A stretch of DNA of 64,000 nucleotides from Burkholderiales bacterium (GTDB lineage: Bacteria; Pseudomonadota; Gammaproteobacteria; Burkholderiales; Casimicrobiaceae): NCBI GenBank assembly GCA_046347715.1, contig JAXMFO010000011.1:56364-120363 (forward strand). Direction: 5' to 3'. The notes beneath the pieces were generated by a model, which saw nothing but the letters and a program-made list of their open reading frames with translations, searched no databases and had not been told where the DNA came from. Position numbers and translations under genes: made by a program. This document shows positions 46,046-57,477 of the stretch, in pieces (within the stretch, counting starts at the first letter, position 1; each line of letters starts with the position of its first letter).

Positions 46046-47179
46046 GTGGACGCGCAGCCGGCGAAGATTCTGGTGGTCGACGACATTGCGCAGAACGTCA
46101 AGCTGCTGGCGGACCTGCTGGCGGTGAAGGGCTATGCGGTGGTCACCGCGAGCGGCGGCGAGGAAGCGCTCGCCAAGGTCGCGAGCGCGTCGCCCGACCT
46201 CGTCCTCCTCGACGTGATGATGCCGGGCATGTCGGGCTACGACGTGTGCCGCGCGCTGCGCGCCGCACCCGCCACCGCGCTCCTGCCCATCGTCTTGTGC
46301 ACGTCGCTCGACCCGCAGCAGGAGCGCATCAACGGCATCGCGGCCGGCGCCGACGACTTCCTCGGCAAGCCCATCAACCAGCCCGAGCTCTTCGCCCGCG
46401 TGCAGTCGCTGCTGCGCATCCGCCGCCTGCACGAGGAGACGCAGCGGCAGGCCCGCGAGCTCGCGGAATGGAGCGCGACGCTCGAACGGCGCGTGGCGGA
46501 GGCCGTCTCTGAAAACGAGCGCCTCGCGCGCCTGAAGCGCTTCTTCTCGCCGAAGCTCGCGGAGCTGATCGTCGACGGCAGCGGCGAGGATCCGCTGAAG
46601 AGCCGCCGCCGCGAGATCGTCGTGGTGTACACCGACCTGCGCGGCTTCACGGCGTTCGCGGAGACCTCCGAGCCCGAGGAGCTGATGCGCACGCTGGGCG
46701 CGTATCACGCCGCGATGGGCCGCATCGTGCTCGCGCACGAGGCCACGCTCGAGCGCTTCACCGGTGACGGCATGATGGTGTTCCTGGGCGACCCGGTGCC
46801 GGTGGAGGATGCCGCCCTGCGCGGGGTGCGCCTCGCGCTCGAGATGCGCACCGCCGCGCTGGAGCTGTCGGAGAAGTGGCGCAAGCGCGGCGTGGACCTG
46901 GGGCTCGGCATCGGCGTCGCGCAGGGCTTCGCCACCGTGGGCGCGATCGGCTTCGAGGGCCGCATCGACTACGGTGCGATCGGCACCGTGACCAACCTCG
47001 CCGCGCGGCTGTGCCAGCAGGCGCGCGCCGGCGAGATCATCCTGTCGCAGCGCGTGTACGCCGAGGTGAGCGAGGTGGTCGCGACGGAGGACCTGGGCGA
47101 GCTCACGCTGCACGGCTTCTCGCGCCCGCAGCGGGCGTGGCGGTGCACCGGCGCGCTGGTGCCGGCGCAGCCGGCATGA
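46046..47179 (+). CDS. Response regulator receiver fused to class III nucleotide cyclase
   Basis: ILVVDD, LLDVMMPG, KP (REC); coiled linker; TDLRGFT, FTGDG, GIG..G.A.VG, DYGAIGTVTNLAARL. Confidence 0.92.
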   Translation: MDAQPAKILVVDDIAQNVKLLADLLAVKGYAVVTASGGEEALAKVASASPDLVLLDVMMPGMSGYDVCRALRAAPATALLPIVLCTSLDPQQERINGIAAGADDFLGKPINQPELFARVQSLLRIRRLHEETQRQARELAEWSATLERRVAEAVSENERLARLKRFFSPKLAELIVDGSGEDPLKSRRREIVVVYTDLRGFTAFAETSEPEELMRTLGAYHAAMGRIVLAHEATLERFTGDGMMVFLGDPVPVEDAALRGVRLALEMRTAALELSEKWRKRGVDLGLGIGVAQGFATVGAIGFEGRIDYGAIGTVTNLAARLCQQARAGEIILSQRVYAEVSEVVATEDLGELTLHGFSRPQRAWRCTGALVPAQPA

Positions 47180-48246
47180 CCGAACCGCACCCGCCGCGCA
47201 GCGACCGGCGCGCGGCACCGGACGACGACGCGCAGGTCGGGGCGGCGCGAGCATTGCGGCGCCGCCGGCTGGTGGCGGCGTTCCTCTGCGCCGCGGCGCT
47301 CCCTCGGGTCACGCATGCCGCGCCGCTGGCACCGCTCGGCGGCCGGCCGGCGCGCGTCGCGCTGCTCATGACCGGAACGACGGACTCGCACGGGCACGTG
47401 CTCGCCGCGTTCACGGCCGCCATGGCGCAGCTCGGGTGGGTGGAAGGGCGCGACGTCGTCTACACGGTGCGTTGGGCTGGCGGGCGCACGGACCGCTACG
47501 CACCGCTCGCTGCGGAACTCGCCCGCCAGGACCCGGACATCGTCGTCACCGGCACCGCCGCCGCCACGCGCGCGGCCGCGGAAGCGGCGCCGCGCGCGGT
47601 CATCCTGATGGGTTATGGTTCCGACCCGGTGGGCAACGGGCTGGTGGCGAGCCTCGCGCGTCCCGGGGGCCGCGTCACAGGCCTCACCAACCTGGGTGAG
47701 GGCATCGTCGGCAAGATGGTCGAGTTGCTGCGCACGCTGGTGCCGCGTGCCCGCCGCTTCGCGATCGTGGTCAACCCGGGGAATCCGACCTCGAAGCTCT
47801 TCCGTGCCGATGCGGTGAACGCTGCCACCACGCTCGAGGTCGCGACCGACGTGCGCGAACTGGCCGCCCCCGAGGGCCTGCCGGCGCTGTTCGCGGATCT
47901 CGCCCGCCTGCGGCCCGACGGCGTGGTGGTGACGCCCGACCCGCTCTTCCTCGCACAGCGCCTGGCGTTCGCCGAGCGGGCGGCGTCCGCTCGGCTGCCG
48001 TTCATCTACTTCCAGCGCGAATTCGTGCAGGCCGGCGGTCTGCTGTCGTACGGCTCCAGCCTGCGCGACGCGTACGCGCGCGCCGCCGCTTATGCCGACC
48101 GCCTGCTGAAGGGCGCCGACCCGGCGACGCTGCCCGTCGAGCAGCCGACCCGGTTCGAACTCACCGTCAACACCGCCACCGCCCGCAGCCTCGGGCTCAC
48201 CGTTCCGCAATCCCTGCTACTTCGCGCCGACGAGGTCATCTCATGA
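47176..48246 (+). CDS. ABC_sub_bind-type (Trp/Tyr-like) substrate-binding protein, paralog 1
   Basis: RRRRL Tat-like leader; DPVGNGLVASLARPGGRVTG; LPVEQPTRFEL; LLLRADEVI. Confidence 0.88.
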   Translation: MTEPHPPRSDRRAAPDDDAQVGAARALRRRRLVAAFLCAAALPRVTHAAPLAPLGGRPARVALLMTGTTDSHGHVLAAFTAAMAQLGWVEGRDVVYTVRWAGGRTDRYAPLAAELARQDPDIVVTGTAAATRAAAEAAPRAVILMGYGSDPVGNGLVASLARPGGRVTGLTNLGEGIVGKMVELLRTLVPRARRFAIVVNPGNPTSKLFRADAVNAATTLEVATDVRELAAPEGLPALFADLARLRPDGVVVTPDPLFLAQRLAFAERAASARLPFIYFQREFVQAGGLLSYGSSLRDAYARAAAYADRLLKGADPATLPVEQPTRFELTVNTATARSLGLTVPQSLLLRADEVIS

Positions 48247-49226
48247 GACGCCGTTCCTTCTGCCGCGCCCTCGCGGCGACCGCGGCCGCCGCGCTCGCGC
48301 ACCGGGCGGGCGCCCAGCCGGCCACGCCGCTGCGCGTGGCCTACCTCTCCGGCGACAGCAAGGACACGCCGTCGCCCAACTTCGCGGCGTTCCGCGACGG
48401 CCTCGCGGCGCAGGGCTACACCGAAGGGCGCAACCTCGCACTCACCGCGTGGTGGGGCGAGGGCTCCCCCGGTCGCGTGACGCAGCTCATTCCGGACGTG
48501 GTCGGCGCGCAGCCCGACATCGTCGTCGCCGCCGGCGGACTCGCGCTCTTCCCGTTGCTGACGGCCGGCGTGAAGAAGCCCATCGTGTTCAGCATCAGCG
48601 CCGACCCGGTCGAGGCGAAGATCGTGGAGAGCTTCGCGCGGCCGGGGGGCAACATCACCGGCATCAGCCTGTTCACGCTGGACCTCGTGGGCAAGCGACT
48701 CGAACTCCTGCGCGCCGTGCTCCCGCGCGTGCAGCGCGTGGCGCTCGTCGCCAATCCGCAGCATCCCGGCGAGCGCAAGGAGTACGAAGCCGCGGCCGGC
48801 GCCGCCAAGAAGCTGGGGATTGCCGTGCGCTATTTCCCGGTGAGCAGCGGCGTGCAGCTCGAGGCCGCGTTCACCGATATTGCGCGCGCGAAAGACGACG
48901 CGGTCGTGGCGTTCGCCGACGGCTTCACGCTGGGCTACGCGCAGCGGTTCGCCGACTTCTCGCGCGAGACGCGCATCCCGGCCATCGACGGCTGGGCGCC
49001 GTTCGCCGAAGCCGGCAACCTCATGATCTACGGTCCGGTCATCTCCGACGTCTACCGGAGGCTCGCACAATACGTCGACCGGATCGCCAAGGGCGCCGCA
49101 CCGGGCAGCCTGCCGATCGAGCTGCCGAACAAGGTCGAGCTCGTGATCAACGCCCGGGCGGCGAAAGCGCTCGGCATCACGATCCCGCCGGCGGTGCTCG
49201 CACGGGCGGACCGCGTGATCACCTGA
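48243..49226 (+). CDS. ABC_sub_bind-type substrate-binding protein, paralog 2
   Basis: MRRRSF Tat leader; DPVEAKIVESFARPGGNITG; VLARADRVI. Confidence 0.9.
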   Translation: MRRRSFCRALAATAAAALAHRAGAQPATPLRVAYLSGDSKDTPSPNFAAFRDGLAAQGYTEGRNLALTAWWGEGSPGRVTQLIPDVVGAQPDIVVAAGGLALFPLLTAGVKKPIVFSISADPVEAKIVESFARPGGNITGISLFTLDLVGKRLELLRAVLPRVQRVALVANPQHPGERKEYEAAAGAAKKLGIAVRYFPVSSGVQLEAAFTDIARAKDDAVVAFADGFTLGYAQRFADFSRETRIPAIDGWAPFAEAGNLMIYGPVISDVYRRLAQYVDRIAKGAAPGSLPIELPNKVELVINARAAKALGITIPPAVLARADRVIT

Positions 49227-49237
49227 GGCCCCCCGCC

Positions 49238-50203
49238 GTGATCGACCGCCGCCGCTTCGTGCTTGCCGCCGCCGGGGTCGCCGCCGGAGCAGCACGGGCG
49301 CAGCCTGCGGCCGGACCGCGCCTCGGCTGGATCTCGTACACGCCGCCCGGCGAGGCGCTCGCCGCGTTCGAGGACGCGGCCCGCGCGCTGGGTTACACGG
49401 GGCGCAACGCGCTGCGCGTCGACGTGCGCGTCGTGGAGCCGACGGAGACCGCCGTGCGCGCTGCGGTGCAGGCGCTGGAGTCGGTTCCGGTCGCGGCGAT
49501 CGTGACGCAGGCCGCCGCGAGTCCGCTCGCGATCCGCGTCGCCAGTGGCCGCGTGCCGATGCTCTTCGCGTTCAGCGGCGATCCCGTCATCGCGGGCATG
49601 GTGCAGTCGTTCGCACGGCCGGGCGGCAACGCGACCGGCGTCTCGTTCATGGCGCTCGAACTCGTGGGCAAGCGGCTCGAGGTGATGAAGCAGATCGAGC
49701 CGGCGGTGCGGCGCGTGGCGATCCTCGCCAATCCGCAGCATCCCGGCGAAAGCGCCGAGAAGACCGCTTCGCTCGTGGCCGCCGAGCGGCAGGGGGTGGA
49801 GACGGTCTACGTCCCGATCCGGCCGGGGGAAGAGCCCGACGCCGCGTTCGACCGCATCCGCAAGGAGCGCGTGCAGGGCTTGATCGTGTTCCAGGACGCG
49901 GGGATGGTCGCGCGCTCGGCCGCGATTGCGGCGTTCGCGGTACAGGAGCGGCTGCTCGCCGTGTCCGGCTGGACGCAGTTCGTGCGCGCCGGCTTCATCG
50001 CGAGCTACGGACCCTCGCTGGACGAGGGCTACCGCCGCCTCGCGACGTTCGTCGACCGCGTGCAGAAGGGCGCGCGGCCCGCGGACATGGCGGTGGAGCT
50101 GCCCACGCGCATCGAACTCGCGGTGAACCTCAAGACCGCGAAGGCGCTCGGGATCACGGTCCCGGCGTCGGTGCGCGCGCGGGCCGACGAGGTGGTTGCG
50201 TGA
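49238..50203 (+). CDS. ABC_sub_bind-type substrate-binding protein, paralog 3
   Basis: MIDRRRF Tat leader; DPVIAGMVQSFARPGGNATG; RARADEVV. Confidence 0.9.
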   Translation: MIDRRRFVLAAAGVAAGAARAQPAAGPRLGWISYTPPGEALAAFEDAARALGYTGRNALRVDVRVVEPTETAVRAAVQALESVPVAAIVTQAAASPLAIRVASGRVPMLFAFSGDPVIAGMVQSFARPGGNATGVSFMALELVGKRLEVMKQIEPAVRRVAILANPQHPGESAEKTASLVAAERQGVETVYVPIRPGEEPDAAFDRIRKERVQGLIVFQDAGMVARSAAIAAFAVQERLLAVSGWTQFVRAGFIASYGPSLDEGYRRLATFVDRVQKGARPADMAVELPTRIELAVNLKTAKALGITVPASVRARADEVVA

Positions 50204-51168
50204 CCGCGCGCCGGCGGGTACTGCAGGCGATGGCCGGCGTCCTGCTGGGGGCGGGTGGCGCGGGCGCGCAGGCCCCGCGCCGGGTCCCGGTCATCGGCTT
50301 CCTCACCACCGGCGGCATCGATTCGCTTGCGCAGTTCCGCGAAGCGATGCGCGACCTGGGGTACGCCGAGGGTCGCGACATGCGGATCGAGAGGCGCTCG
50401 ACCGAGGGGCGCGCCGGCGGCCTCGACCTCCTGGCCGCCGAACTCGTGCGCCTGCAACCGGACGTCATCTACGCCACCGGCCCCGCGGCCGTGCGCGCGG
50501 CCCGCGCGGCCACGTCGACCATCCCCATCGTCGTGCTCGACCTCGAGACCGACCCCGTCGCCGCCGGGCTGGTGGCGAGCCTCGCGCGGCCGGGCGGCAA
50601 CCTGACCGGCCTCTTCCTCGACCAGCCCGCGCTCGCGGGCAAGTGGCTGGAACTCGCGGCGGAGGTGCTGCCGGGCCGCAAGCGGGTCGCCCTGCTGAAC
50701 GAGCGGGCGGCGGGCAAGGCACAACTCTCGGCCGCGCAGGCTGCAGGACAGCGCCTTGGCTTCACGCTGCAGGTGATCGACTTCGACCACGTCGAGGCGA
50801 TGTTCGCGGGTCTCGACTCGGCCGCCGCGAACGGTGCGCAGGCGGTCGTGATGCTGACCTCGCCGATGATCAGCAACAACTCGAAGCGCCTGGCCGAGTG
50901 GGCGGTCGCACGCCGGATGCCGGGCATCTCGCCGTTCCGCGCATTCGCCGACGCGGGCGGGCTCATGTCCTATGGCCCCGACCTCCTCGCGTTCCGCCGC
51001 TTCTCCGCCACCTACGTCGACCGCATCCTCAAGGGCGCCAGGCCGGGCGACCTGCCGATCCAGCAGCCGGCGCGCTTCCTGTTCGTCGTGAACCAGCGCG
51101 CGGCGCAGGCGCTCGGGATCGCGCTGCCCGCGCCGTTGCTGCTGCGCGCGGACGAGGTGATCGCGTGA
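50200..51168 (+). CDS. ABC_sub_bind-type substrate-binding protein, paralog 4
   Basis: MTARRRVL leader; DPVAAGLVASLARPGGNLTG; LLLRADEVI. Confidence 0.9.
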   Translation: MTARRRVLQAMAGVLLGAGGAGAQAPRRVPVIGFLTTGGIDSLAQFREAMRDLGYAEGRDMRIERRSTEGRAGGLDLLAAELVRLQPDVIYATGPAAVRAARAATSTIPIVVLDLETDPVAAGLVASLARPGGNLTGLFLDQPALAGKWLELAAEVLPGRKRVALLNERAAGKAQLSAAQAAGQRLGFTLQVIDFDHVEAMFAGLDSAAANGAQAVVMLTSPMISNNSKRLAEWAVARRMPGISPFRAFADAGGLMSYGPDLLAFRRFSATYVDRILKGARPGDLPIQQPARFLFVVNQRAAQALGIALPAPLLLRADEVIA

Positions 51169-52145
51169 TCGATCGCCGCCGTTTCCTCGCCGGCGCGACC
51201 GCAGCCGCCCTGGCCGGCGCGGTCCGCGCGCAGCCTAAGCGCCCGCTGCGGGTCGGCATCCTGCGGCCTTCCGAGCCGCTGGAGAGCAGCGGACCGTCGC
51301 CGTTCGCGCGCGGGATGGAGACGGCGCTCGAGGCCGCGGCGAGCGCCGCCGGTCGCGCGCTTGCCATCGAGTCGCGCTACGCCGGCCGGGACGTGAAGCG
51401 GCTGCCGGTGCTCGCGCGCGAACTGGTCGCACTGCCCTGCGACGTGATCGTGACCGTGGGCAGCTCCGCCTCGCTCGCCGCGCGCGATGCGAGCCGGACC
51501 GTGCCCATCGTTCTCTTCGGCAACCTCGACCCCGTGGCGCTCGGCCTGGTGCCGAGCCTGTCGCGGCCCGGCGGCAACCTGACCGGGGTGCTCATCGCGG
51601 CCGGCGGGACGCTCGCGGCCAAGCGGCTCGAACTGCTGCGCGAGGCGGTGCCGGGTGCGACCCGCATCGCGATGCTGGCCCCCGACGACCCGGGCTTCCG
51701 GCCGCAGATCACGGAAGCCGAGAAGGCGGCCGCGGCGATGGGCATCCCGCTGCCGGTAGTCACCGTGCGGGCGGGGTACGACGCGGCGTTCGCGGCGGTG
51801 GACACGGCGCGCGCGCAGGCGCTGTTCGTCGGCGCGACCACCTACTTCGTGCGCGACCGGCGGGCCATCATCGCGCAGGCGCTCGCGCACCGCCTGCCGA
51901 CGAGCTTCGAGTGGCCCGAGCAGGCGGAGGAGGGCGGCTTCATGGCCTACGGCACGAGCGTCGTGCACCTGTACCGGCGGGTGGCCGACTACGTGCTGCG
52001 CATCGCCGGCGGCGCCGACCCGGGGACGCTCCCGATCGAGCAGCCGACGAGCTACGAGCTCGTGTTCAACGCGGGCACGGCCCGCGCGCTCGGCATCGCC
52101 GTGCCGCCGCCGCTCCTGCTGCGGGCCGACCGGGTGTTCGCTTGA
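51165..52145 (+). CDS. ABC_sub_bind-type substrate-binding protein, paralog 5
   Basis: MIDRRRFL Tat leader; DPVALGLVPSLSRPGGNLTG; LLLRADRVF. Confidence 0.9.
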   Translation: MIDRRRFLAGATAAALAGAVRAQPKRPLRVGILRPSEPLESSGPSPFARGMETALEAAASAAGRALAIESRYAGRDVKRLPVLARELVALPCDVIVTVGSSASLAARDASRTVPIVLFGNLDPVALGLVPSLSRPGGNLTGVLIAAGGTLAAKRLELLREAVPGATRIAMLAPDDPGFRPQITEAEKAAAAMGIPLPVVTVRAGYDAAFAAVDTARAQALFVGATTYFVRDRRAIIAQALAHRLPTSFEWPEQAEEGGFMAYGTSVVHLYRRVADYVLRIAGGADPGTLPIEQPTSYELVFNAGTARALGIAVPPPLLLRADRVFA

Positions 52146-52377
52146 TCCGCCGGGTGCCCCCGGGCTTTCCCGGGCGGCCGGGGGGCGACGGGTGCACGCT
52201 GCCCTATGGCGCGGCAGGGTGTCGGATGTACCATCGGGCCGGCGCCGGCGTCCGTGCCCGATGCCGGCCCCAGCCCCGTTCCGTCATGCGCGATTCGCCG
52301 TCGACCGCCCACCCGTTCCCGTGCCCGGCGTCCTGCCCGGCGCGACGGACGCCCGCGCGCCCGGCAGGGGCCGCCTG

Positions 52378-54855
<2,478 letters not shown>

Positions 54856-54886
54856 CCCGGGGCAACGCGGCGCGGAGGACCATCCA

Positions 54887-55261
54887 GTGAGCACGATCCT
54901 GATCGTCGAGGACAATCCCCGCAACATGAAGCTCGTGCGCGACGTGCTGCAGGTGAAGGGGCACGCCACGCTCGAGGCCACCAACGCCGAGGACGGCATC
55001 GTGCTCGCCCGCGAGAAGCAGCCCGATCTCGTGCTGATGGACATCCAGCTGCCGGGCATGAACGGCATCGACGCGCTGCGCGTGCTGCGCGCCGACGCCG
55101 CCACCCGCCACATTCCCGTGATCGCCGTCACCGCGTCGGTCATGCAGCAGGACCGCAAGCTCATCACCGAGGCCGGCTTCGACGCGTACGTCGGCAAGCC
55201 GATCACGCTGGCCGAGTTCCTCAAGGCCGTCAACGACCAGCTCGCCCGTCCGCCGGCGTGA
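54887..55261 (+). CDS. Single-domain response regulator (DivK-like)
   Basis: ILIVEDNPRNMKL, LMDIQLPG, IAVTAS, KP. Confidence 0.9.
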   Translation: MSTILIVEDNPRNMKLVRDVLQVKGHATLEATNAEDGIVLAREKQPDLVLMDIQLPGMNGIDALRVLRADAATRHIPVIAVTASVMQQDRKLITEAGFDAYVGKPITLAEFLKAVNDQLARPPA

Positions 55262-55307
55262 GCGCCGCCATCCACCCGCAACGCATGCCATCGTCACCCG
55301 GGTCGCC

Positions 55308-55985
55308 ATGAACCTGCCCCCGCTCGAGATCCTCGCCTACGTCGCCGCCGCCATCGGCGGCATCCTCACGTGCATCAGCTTCTTCATGAAGACGATCATC
55401 CCGCTGCGCGTGGTGAGCGCGGCGGCCAACCTCGCGTTCGTCGTGTACGCGCTGGTCATGCACTCGTGGGCGGTGCTCGGCCTCAACGCCGCGCTGTTCC
55501 CGCTCAACTGCTGGCGCACGCTCGCGATGATGAAGCTCACCCGGCGCGTGCGCGCGGCCTCCGCCACCGGCGACCCGTCCGGCGTGTGGCTGCGCCCCTA
55601 CATGCGCACCAAGAAGTTCAAGCAGGGCGACATCCTGTTCCGCAAGGGCGACCCGGCGGCCGAGGTCTACTACCTCGTCGATGGCGGCATCGACTTCCCC
55701 GAGATCGGCGTGGTGCTGCCGCCGGGCCGGATCTTCGGCGAGATCGCGTTCTTCACGCACGAGCGCAAGCGCACGCAGACCGCGCGCTGCACGGTCGACA
55801 GCACGGTGATGACCATCGACGAGTCCACGCTGAAGGAGCTCTACTACCAGAACCCCGAGTTCGGCTTCCACCTCGTGAGCCTCGTCGCGCGGCGGCTCGC
55901 GGGCAACGTGGACCAGCTCGAGGCCAAGCTCGCGGCGCTGCCCTACGGCGTCGAGCCGCACCCGATCGAGCACGTCGGGCATTGA
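55308..55985 (+). CDS. Membrane protein with C-terminal cyclic-nucleotide-binding domain
   Basis: About three N-terminal TM helices (..MKTIIPLR..); LFRKGD, YYLVDG, FGEIAFF...RTQTARC (CNBD). Confidence 0.85.
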   Translation: MNLPPLEILAYVAAAIGGILTCISFFMKTIIPLRVVSAAANLAFVVYALVMHSWAVLGLNAALFPLNCWRTLAMMKLTRRVRAASATGDPSGVWLRPYMRTKKFKQGDILFRKGDPAAEVYYLVDGGIDFPEIGVVLPPGRIFGEIAFFTHERKRTQTARCTVDSTVMTIDESTLKELYYQNPEFGFHLVSLVARRLAGNVDQLEAKLAALPYGVEPHPIEHVGH

Positions 55986-56083
55986 TGACCTAGGTCAGTA
56001 CCCGGTGGCGGCCCGGCGGCGACAATGATCGCGACGGCCGGCCCATCGCGGCCGCCCCTTCGTTCATTTCCTTCCCGGCAATC

Positions 56084-57466
56084 ATGACTTCCGACGTCGT
56101 CGTCATCGGCGCTGGCATCTCGGGCCTTGCGGTTGCGCACGGCCTGCAGCGGCGCGGCCGCACCGTCACGGTGCTCGAATCGGCGGGGCGCGCCGGTGGG
56201 GTCATCGGCACCCTGCGCCGCGACGGTGCGCTCTACGAGCGCGGACCCAACAGCACGCTCGACACCTCGCCCAAGGTCAGTGCGCTCCTGCGCGACGCGG
56301 GCCTCGAGGGCGAGCGCGAGAACGCGAGCGAGCACGCGGCGATCCGCTACATCGTGCGCAACGGCGCGCTGGTGGCGCTGCCGTCGTCGCCGCCCAAGTT
56401 CTTCACCACGCCGGCGTTCTCGCTCGGCGCCAAGCTCGCGCTCTTCCGCGAGCCGTTCGTCGCGCCCACGCCGGACGGCGTGGAGGAGTCGATCGCGCAG
56501 TTCGTGCGCCGGCGGCTCGGCAGCGAGTTCCTGAACTACGCGATCGACCCGCTGGTCGCGGGCATCTACGCGGGCGACCCCGAGCGCGTGTCGGTCGCGG
56601 CCGCGTTCCCGAAGCTCCTGGCGCTCGAGAAGAAGTACGGCAGCCTGATCAAGGGCCAGATCCAGGGCGCGCGCGAGCGCAAGAAGAGCGGCGAGGTCGC
56701 GAAGAACACCGCACCCAGCTTCTCGTTCAAGAGCGGCATGCAGGCGCTCACCGACGGTCTGGCGCGCCAGCTGCCCGGCCTCGAGTGCAACGTGCAGGTC
56801 GAGCGCATCGTGCGCGAGGGCGGACTCTACGTCGTCGGCGGCATGCGCGACGGCGCGCCGCGCGAAGTGCGCGCACGGGCCGTGGTGCTCGCCACGCCGG
56901 CGCCGCAGGCCAGTGCCCTGGTCCGCGAGTTCGCCCCCGAGGCGGCGACCGCGCTCGCGCGCATCGACTACGCGGCGGTGGCGATCGTCGCGAGCCTCTA
57001 CCGGCGCGCGGACGTCGCGCATTCGCTGCGCGGCTTCGGCTTCCTGGTGCCGCGGGTCGAGGGCCGCGGCGTCCTCGGCACGCTGTTCTCGAGCAGCATG
57101 TTCACCGGCCGCGCGGCGCAGGACAACGTGCTGCTCACCACGTTCGTCGGCGGTCGCCGCAATCCCGAGCGCTACGCGCTGTCCGACGCCGACATGGGCA
57201 CGATGGTGCAGGGCGAGATGCGCGCGCTGATCGGTGCCGGAGCGCCGCCGCTGTGGCAGGAGGTCGTGCGCTGGCCGCAGGCGATCCCGCAGTACGACCT
57301 GGGGCACCTCGAGCGCCTCGCGAACCTCGACCGCGCCGAGGCGGAGCTGCCGGGATTCTGGTTCTACGCCAACTATCGCGGCGGCGTGTCGGTCAGCGAC
57401 CGCATCGCCAAGGGCGGCGACCTCGCCGTCACCGTCGACGAGTACCTCGGCCGCGCGCCGGGCTGA
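56084..57466 (+). CDS. hemG: Protoporphyrinogen oxidase (HemY-type)
   Basis: GAGISGL, ERGPNS, GIYAGDP, GFGFLVP, AIPQY. Confidence 0.92.
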   Translation: MTSDVVVIGAGISGLAVAHGLQRRGRTVTVLESAGRAGGVIGTLRRDGALYERGPNSTLDTSPKVSALLRDAGLEGERENASEHAAIRYIVRNGALVALPSSPPKFFTTPAFSLGAKLALFREPFVAPTPDGVEESIAQFVRRRLGSEFLNYAIDPLVAGIYAGDPERVSVAAAFPKLLALEKKYGSLIKGQIQGARERKKSGEVAKNTAPSFSFKSGMQALTDGLARQLPGLECNVQVERIVREGGLYVVGGMRDGAPREVRARAVVLATPAPQASALVREFAPEAATALARIDYAAVAIVASLYRRADVAHSLRGFGFLVPRVEGRGVLGTLFSSSMFTGRAAQDNVLLTTFVGGRRNPERYALSDADMGTMVQGEMRALIGAGAPPLWQEVVRWPQAIPQYDLGHLERLANLDRAEAELPGFWFYANYRGGVSVSDRIAKGGDLAVTVDEYLGRAPG

Positions 57467-57477
57467 CGCCTGCCGCT

